Positions 58,413 to 64,000 of a stretch of DNA of 64,000 bases are shown here, one piece after another. The notes beneath the pieces were generated by a model that had not been told where the DNA came from, did not search any database, and saw nothing but the letters and a program-made list of their open reading frames with translations. The DNA comes from Pseudomonadota bacterium (lineage in GTDB: Bacteria; Pseudomonadota; Gammaproteobacteria; Steroidobacterales; Steroidobacteraceae): NCBI GenBank assembly GCA_021851405.1, contig JAJZDW010000023.1, positions 718 to 64,717 of the forward strand. Direction: 5' to 3'. Positions within the stretch are counted from its first letter, which is position 1. Every line of letters begins with the position of its first letter. A program made the position numbers and the translations under genes.

Positions 58413-60203
58413 ATGTATTTCCCATTCATGAAGCGACTCGCTGCGACAAATATGGCTCTCGTGGTGTTCGTGCTCGCAGTGACAGCATTTGCCAATTCAG
58501 CGAACGCGCGCGATACCAAATCAATTCCGCAGCGCTACTCTCATATCCAAGACTTGAACAACGTCGGCGCAGAACTCATTTACCGCGGGCCGCGCAAGGC
58601 GCCTCAACTCTTGCAGGCACTCAGAGAGCTGCATCAGTCAATGACCGCGATTTCGAAACTGCGGTCACGCTTACGCGAGGACTCCGCGTTTTCAGGACGA
58701 GTCGCCAACCGACGCCGAGACAACCTCCGCTACCAGGCTGACGCGTATGCGAAACTAGGTGACAGAAAAGAAGCTTTGACCTGTCTGGAAAAGTGGGCGG
58801 CAGGTTCCATCTGGGCGAACGAGGATCAGTGGCTGATCAAGGATAAGAATCTTGCCGCCCTGCACGACGACCCGCGATTCAAGGCTCTGGTGAGGCGCTT
58901 CGACAATTTGACTGCTCGTTGGGACGCGAGTGCCTTCCAGACGTCGGCGAAGCCGCTCAGCGAGGCTCAGCGCATCGCTGGGTTGTCCCTGTTCTGGTCG
59001 GAAGTCCGGTACAACTTCGCGCACTTTGATCATGTCCCAAACCTGGACTGGAACCGGACCTATCTCGAATTTCTGCCCAAGGTCATCAAGGCGAAGACGC
59101 TGCCTGCGTACTACAGGGTATTGATGCGTCTCGCGCCGCTGCTGCACGACGCGCACACGAATATCTATCCGCCCAAGTCCATACAGGACCAATTCTACGC
59201 GTCGCCGCCCATCGCCACTGCGCTGGTTCAGAACCGCGTGGTGATCACCTGGGTCGCTGACCCTGTACTGGCGGCCAAAGGTGTCCGCGTCGGCGATGTG
59301 GTTCTTACAGTCGATGGGCTTACGGTGCGGCAGTACGCTAAGAAATATGTCGAACCATATGTCAGCAGCTCTACGCCGCAGGACCTAGCGGTGCGTCTGT
59401 ATTACTATCAATTGCTCGACGGCGACCACACACGGCCAGTGACGCTCGGGCTGGAAAACGCGTCGGGCAAGAAACTCTCCGTGACCCTCTCGCGCGAGCC
59501 GGACCCGAGGGCCAAATGGAGGCGTCCGTTTGAATTTCGCATGTTGCCACACGGAATTGCGTACTTGTCCCTGGGTGAATTCGCCAATGACCGCGGCGCC
59601 AAGATTTTTAAAGAACACTTGTCTCAGATCCTGAGCGCAAAGGGGCTGATCCTGGACGTGCGCGCCAATGGTGGCGGGTCCACGAACAACGGTTTAAAGA
59701 TCCTGAGTTGGCTCACGCGCAAGCCCATTCCGCGTCCCGTAATGCGTTCCCCGGAATACATAGCGACCTACAGGGCGTGGGACGGGCCTTCGGAGCAATG
59801 GAAAGTGCTCGGTGGTGCGGGCGATACCTACAAGCAATCGCACGATCGTCATTTTGGTGGGCCCGTTGCGGTATTGATCGGCCCCCGCACATTCTCTGCG
59901 GCAGAGGACTTCGTCGTCAGCTTCGTAGCCATGAAGCGGGGGATTCTCGTTGGCCGAAAGACGGCGGGTAGCAGCGGTCAACCGCTGATGTTAAAATTGC
60001 CCGATGGCGGGTTGGCGCGTATCTGTACCGCGCAGGAAACCTTCCCGGATGGGCGGAAGTTCGTTGACATTGGAATCGCGCCGGAGATCAAGGTTCGACA
60101 GACGATCGCTGACATTCGCGCTGGCCGGGATCCCGGCCTCGTGGCTGCTGCTGCGGCTCTGCTCGCAGAAAAAGCTCATCAAAGTCGTCGTGAACTTCAG
60201 TAG
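58413..60203 (+). CDS. secreted S41-family (tail-specific-protease-like) peptidase
   Basis: 596 aa from ATG 58413, with GGAGA 8 nt upstream. It has a signal peptide (MKRLAATNMALVVFVLAVTAFANSANA) and S41 motifs LILDVRANGGGS and GPRTFSAAEDF. GC is lower than in the core. Confidence 0.75.
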   Translation: MYFPFMKRLAATNMALVVFVLAVTAFANSANARDTKSIPQRYSHIQDLNNVGAELIYRGPRKAPQLLQALRELHQSMTAISKLRSRLREDSAFSGRVANRRRDNLRYQADAYAKLGDRKEALTCLEKWAAGSIWANEDQWLIKDKNLAALHDDPRFKALVRRFDNLTARWDASAFQTSAKPLSEAQRIAGLSLFWSEVRYNFAHFDHVPNLDWNRTYLEFLPKVIKAKTLPAYYRVLMRLAPLLHDAHTNIYPPKSIQDQFYASPPIATALVQNRVVITWVADPVLAAKGVRVGDVVLTVDGLTVRQYAKKYVEPYVSSSTPQDLAVRLYYYQLLDGDHTRPVTLGLENASGKKLSVTLSREPDPRAKWRRPFEFRMLPHGIAYLSLGEFANDRGAKIFKEHLSQILSAKGLILDVRANGGGSTNNGLKILSWLTRKPIPRPVMRSPEYIATYRAWDGPSEQWKVLGGAGDTYKQSHDRHFGGPVAVLIGPRTFSAAEDFVVSFVAMKRGILVGRKTAGSSGQPLMLKLPDGGLARICTAQETFPDGRKFVDIGIAPEIKVRQTIADIRAGRDPGLVAAAAALLAEKAHQSRRELQ

Positions 60204-60638
60204 AGAACAGGCCACTTTTTGTCCATCGAATGCCGGAAATCGGCCGATTGTGTCCGATCGCTGCACCGGCGCAGGTCGACTCCTAGTCCAACTTCGGGTC
60301 GCAAATCACGAACTTAATTGGTCAGCAGTAGCGCAGTCTGCCGCGAAGCGGCAGCAGCGCCTGCTGGACCCGAACAAATGGCAATAAATTGCCGCCGAGC
60401 GCCGGTTTATTTACATAAAGGATCGGAGAAAATATCGATCCGCTGCAAAACCAGGGAAATTGTACTATTTACAAAGGTGACATCGACATAACCGTTCTAG
60501 GGAAGGTGAAAGAGGCGGCGAAACCACGCACGTGGACCTTTGTGGACCAAGCAGCGGACTTGTGAGCGCGTTTCGTGACTTTCAGAATCAATGCGTTGGC
60601 TTAGCGCCCGGCGTTTCCATAGGAGACTTCATGGAAAG

Positions 60639-60760
60639 TCGCAGCTTATGCGTAAATCGCTGGCGAAAATCGCATCTTATGGGGTCCGTCGGTCGCAGCT
60701 TATGATGTTGGGTGCGGTGGTAAGCGGTTGATTTCAGGGTGGCGCTGATCGCAGCTTATG
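60639..60760 (+). repeat. four direct copies of a 12-nt motif TCGCA(G/T)CTTATG, an iteron-like array
   Basis: The copies are at 60639..60650, 60670..60681 (one mismatch), 60693..60704 and 60749..60760. Copies 1 and 4 share the 15-nt TCGCAGCTTATGCGT. The array sits in a 690-bp convergent spacer. Confidence 0.7.
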
Positions 60761-60893
60761 CGTCAACCCACATTGTTGCGGCGTCCATACGCCGGGAAAT
60801 CAGACTGACCCGTTACCGAAAACAAGTACCTTGACCTGACGCGCGGAACCGGCAAACCGGATAACCACTCGATCGGTTCGATGCTAGTACGTC

Positions 60894-62063
60894 TCAGCGG
60901 ACCCCTAGCGCCGCACGGACCCGTGTGCCGAAGCCGGCCAGTCGCGATACCGGCTCATTGGCAAAGACGAAGCGAATATACTCTGCTCCATGCGTCTCGC
61001 CCCATCCCGACATCGCAGTAGCGCAGACACCCTGCTCGAGCAGATGCGCCGAAAGGGTGGCGCCGTCAGTACCGAAGTCGGACGCACGCAGCAGCAGTGA
61101 CCAGCCCCCTGCTGGAATGCCGAACGGCAGGCCGGCCAATTCACGCGCCATTGCATCGCGGCGCGCCTGCAGCTCCTGCACGTAGGGCTGGAGAGTGGTT
61201 TTGGATCTCTCCAGCGCGGTGGCGACGGCCTCTTGCGCGATTCCGACCGGCACGACGACGTTGGCCAACGAAACCGCCATGAGATCCGGCATGAGATGCT
61301 CGGGCGCAACAACCCACCCGACCCGCCACCCGATCATGCGCAGCTCCTTGGCGCTCGAGCCGACGGTGATCGTCCGCTGTACCATCCCAGGCAGACCTGC
61401 TGGGTGAATGACGGGCCGCCGATCGAACAGCAGCCGCTCCATCGCTGCGTCGACGATGAGGTTCAGGTCGTGTGCGCCGCACAACTCGGCGACGAGTGCC
61501 CAGTCGTCCGCGTCCAGATAGCCGCCGCAGGGCATAGACGGCGACATGAGCAGCATCGCGGAAACCTTCGGTCCGATTGCCGCACGCAGCGCGCGTCGGT
61601 CGAGGCGCCAGAATTCGCCCGGAGTGAACATGAACGGTACGAATTTTGGCACGCCCCCAACGAGCCGGATCCGATTAATCAGACCCGCGTAGGTCGGGTC
61701 AGTGACGATCACCTCATCACCTACCTCGACCGTTGCGAGCAGGACGTTCAAAATCCCGGACAGTCCGCCAGCGGAAATCAGGCAATTGCGCTCACCAGAA
61801 TACGGTATGCCCGATAGCCGTGAGACGTGCGCCGCTGCAGCTTTGCGCAAACGCATCTGACCGACGAATGGCAAATAGCTGTTGTCGGCATCGTTCGAGG
61901 CGGCTTTGCAGGTTGCCGCGACCGCCTCGGCGTCCGGAGGGATGTCCGTATCAAGGTTCTCGAGCCGCAGAATGTCTCCCCCGCGTGCGTCCGCGATGGC
62001 GCCCATGCGGTCGACGCCAATGCCGGCAATGTGCTCTAGTCGAACGGGACGCCTACGAATCAT
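60894..62063 (-). CDS. class I/II pyridoxal-phosphate-dependent aminotransferase
   Basis: 389 aa with a fold-type I pattern, a PLP-lysine segment GSSAKELRMIGWRVGW, and YIRFVFAN near the C-terminus. Confidence 0.8.
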   Translation of the reverse strand: MIRRRPVRLEHIAGIGVDRMGAIADARGGDILRLENLDTDIPPDAEAVAATCKAASNDADNSYLPFVGQMRLRKAAAAHVSRLSGIPYSGERNCLISAGGLSGILNVLLATVEVGDEVIVTDPTYAGLINRIRLVGGVPKFVPFMFTPGEFWRLDRRALRAAIGPKVSAMLLMSPSMPCGGYLDADDWALVAELCGAHDLNLIVDAAMERLLFDRRPVIHPAGLPGMVQRTITVGSSAKELRMIGWRVGWVVAPEHLMPDLMAVSLANVVVPVGIAQEAVATALERSKTTLQPYVQELQARRDAMARELAGLPFGIPAGGWSLLLRASDFGTDGATLSAHLLEQGVCATAMSGWGETHGAEYIRFVFANEPVSRLAGFGTRVRAALGVR

Positions 62064-62318
62064 GACGCTCTCCTGGCAAATCCTCGAATGGAGGGTTCAA
62101 GCGGCCGGCGCGCTGGAAGTGCCTCAGCCGATCTCCTCACGTAGGTCATCCGACGACCAGGCACCGCGACGCAGCGACGCAACATGTGCCCACAGGCCTC
62201 GGATCGCAGTCGTCTTCCGCTCCTCGTCCCGCGAAACGCATCGCCACCGACTATTACCTCGATCCCCTGCTGCGCAGCGGCTCGCTGACCCCGCCCGTGG
62301 AGATCAGGCATACGATCC

Positions 62319-64000
62319 CTATTCAACGCGCCACGTGAGATCGATCCCGACGGTACGCGGCCGATTGACCGTGTAGCGCGTGAACGCGGCGGTTTGAAGG
62401 TTAATTTGCGGCTGTGGATCAAGAAGTACCCGTGCGTTCATCAAATTGTTGACGAAGAGCGCGACTCTCCATCGGCCGCTCTCGACGCCAAGACGCAGAT
62501 TGAGCAAGTTATACGCCGGCAAATGCACCAAGTATTCGCCGATATTCCAGAGCGTAATCGTCTCTCCGTAAGGAGCGTCGGTGCGAGATCCGACGTAACT
62601 CCAATTCGCAGAGCCGAAAGCGGCCAAATCTGCCGTCAGGTCGTGTCGCCACCGCAGATCCGCAGAGCCCATCAGTTTTGGCGTATCGGGAACCGCGGTG
62701 CCGGCCGGATAGCCGATGATGGCACTCGCGTGCAAAAAGGCAGCGTCCGTGTAGCCAGCGTTCGCATCAAAATGCCAATCGCGCCCCAGTAGCATGTGCA
62801 TTTCCGCTTCCAAGCCCTCGATTCGCGCGTCCGCACCATTGGCCGTAATGCCGAAGCCCGCAAGGTTCGTTGCAAGCTGCGGATTCATCCAGCGTTCGTA
62901 ATATGCAGACAGGTCTAGAGTGAGGCGTCGCTTCATCAGGGTCGACTTTTCGCCAATTTCATAGCTCCACACCGAATCAGATCGAAAGCTGCTCGGCGCT
63001 TGCAGCAGAATATTCGGGTTGCAACCGTTTAACGAAGGCCCGAGGAGCTTCTCTTGCAGACCGCATTCGTTGGCGACCAGCACGGGATTGTCATTGGTGG
63101 AATGTGCGACTGGAATGGGTTGATTCACTCCGCCTAGACGAAACCCCTGCGATACGGTCGCGTAAACCATCAGCTGTGGATCAAATGTATAGCGGAGGTT
63201 CAATTCGGGTACCGTTCCCGACGCACCGCTCGTTGCGCGGGTATCGTACGCAATGCCATTGCCTTGGGCACCAAACACCGTAAAGAGACCGTACTCGCTA
63301 TTGGACTGGTGTAGTGCGTAGCGGTAGTGGCGCACGCTGATCGTTGCCGAAATTCGTGGTGAGATGCGCCAGGAAACCTCACCGAATTCGGCGTTCTGTA
63401 GAATATTTTGTGGTTGATTATCGACGTAAATGTTCGTTCCGCCGAGCGCGGCTGTGGCCTGAGGTGCAAGGACCGAAAGCTGCCAATTCGAATGAAGATC
63501 CTGATAAAACCACCCGGCGAGCCACTGCCAGGGGCCTGCGCCCGTGGAATTGACGCGAAACTCCTCGCTCAGCTGGCGAGTATCGTCTCGTTCGCTCGCC
63601 CCCGGACCGAGCGGTGAGGGCCCTGTGACACCAATTCCCGCCGGTGGGGCATAGGTCGTGAAGGACGCCCCCACCGCGGCCGCCGATTCTTCCGTGGCAT
63701 CCTGGGAGACGGTGGTCGAGCGTGCCCAATATCCGGTCGCAGAGGAAATCCGAAGCGCGGCTAGGCGGTAAATGACTTCGAGACTGCCGAGTCCGAAACG
63801 ATCGCGCTGAGGCTCCGGGGTATCGTATATCTCCCAATGCGCCTCGAGGCTGGGCATGACTGGGTGAGTCGCCTGCCCATTGACATCGACCGCATTCGGG
63901 CCGCCCTGGGTGGTCAGTTGGTAGTCCATCAATGCAAGAACTGACAGTCTGTGGCTCGGCTGAAGCAGTAGCTGCAGGCGTGAGGCGCTCACGCGAGTCG
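62319..64000 (-). CDS. TonB-dependent outer-membrane receptor, partial (5' end lies beyond the window)
   Basis: It has beta-barrel-type alternating sequence and a TBDR C-terminal pattern (AFTRYTVNRPRTVGIDLTWRVE). The frame remains open to the window edge. Confidence 0.7.
   Translation of the reverse strand, partial: TRVSASRLQLLLQPSHRLSVLALMDYQLTTQGGPNAVDVNGQATHPVMPSLEAHWEIYDTPEPQRDRFGLGSLEVIYRLAALRISSATGYWARSTTVSQDATEESAAAVGASFTTYAPPAGIGVTGPSPLGPGASERDDTRQLSEEFRVNSTGAGPWQWLAGWFYQDLHSNWQLSVLAPQATAALGGTNIYVDNQPQNILQNAEFGEVSWRISPRISATISVRHYRYALHQSNSEYGLFTVFGAQGNGIAYDTRATSGASGTVPELNLRYTFDPQLMVYATVSQGFRLGGVNQPIPVAHSTNDNPVLVANECGLQEKLLGPSLNGCNPNILLQAPSSFRSDSVWSYEIGEKSTLMKRRLTLDLSAYYERWMNPQLATNLAGFGITANGADARIEGLEAEMHMLLGRDWHFDANAGYTDAAFLHASAIIGYPAGTAVPDTPKLMGSADLRWRHDLTADLAAFGSANWSYVGSRTDAPYGETITLWNIGEYLVHLPAYNLLNLRLGVESGRWRVALFVNNLMNARVLLDPQPQINLQTAAFTRYTVNRPRTVGIDLTWRVE

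Noticed and set aside
60631-60705. 24-codon ORF (MESRSLCVNRWRKSHLMGSVGRSL) behind an AGGAGA motif
   Set aside because: Its sequence is generated by the repeat units themselves (the repeated RSL). No downstream gene on this strand could use it as a leader, and the spacing between the SD-like motif and the ATG is short.
60400-60900. Possible CsrB/RsmZ-like sponge sRNA, suggested by many GGA motifs in the long spacer
   Set aside because: I counted about 14 GGA in about 540 nt, against roughly 8 expected by chance. The motifs are not regularly placed in hairpin loops, and no promoter/terminator pair is evident. The enrichment is too weak to call.

Overview
This is a high-GC bacterial chromosomal segment, roughly two-thirds G+C by eye. 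It is densely coded: about 60 supportable CDS, 2 tRNAs and 3 probable pseudogenes. I found no rRNA, CRISPR array, transposase or integrase. The gene content looks gammaproteobacterial, possibly Xanthomonadales/Nevskiales-like; that placement is inference only.

Core blocks:
- a cupin/ADH/CMD trio
- emrAB fused to kynU-kmo
- trmB, ampG and pyrE
- a complete seven-gene MoxR/DUF58/DUF4381/BatABCD operon
- an ECF-sigma cluster followed by an RND pump
- the macromolecular-synthesis operon rpsU-yqeY-dnaG-rpoD, with divergent tsaD
- folB-folK, cca, and split class II RNR nrdJa/nrdJb

Accessory or odd parts:
- A lower-GC patch beside tRNA-Gly(CCC) carries hipBA and vapBC. A ~220-bp degenerate direct repeat there includes a copy of the tRNA 3' end.
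- An alpha-2-macroglobulin gene is reduced to a C-terminal stub, and the adjacent pbpC is frameshifted in a G6 run.
- A GFA-family gene is frameshifted.
- dnaG has no canonical start codon for its conserved N-terminus.
- rpoD may carry a 77-aa Lys/Ala-rich N-terminal extension.
- An identical 12-nt element sits at the same distance upstream of vapB and of an unrelated small RHH-like gene.
- The right end (58-64 kb) is lower in GC and contains an iteron-like repeat array in a 690-bp convergent spacer.

The best candidate for an undescribed system is the translationally coupled ECF sigma / anti-sigma / beta-helix-repeat-RDD membrane protein trio. It lies upstream of an OMF-less MFP-RND pump and a lipoprotein (28.6-36.5 kb).

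All family calls come from motif recognition by eye. No searches were run.
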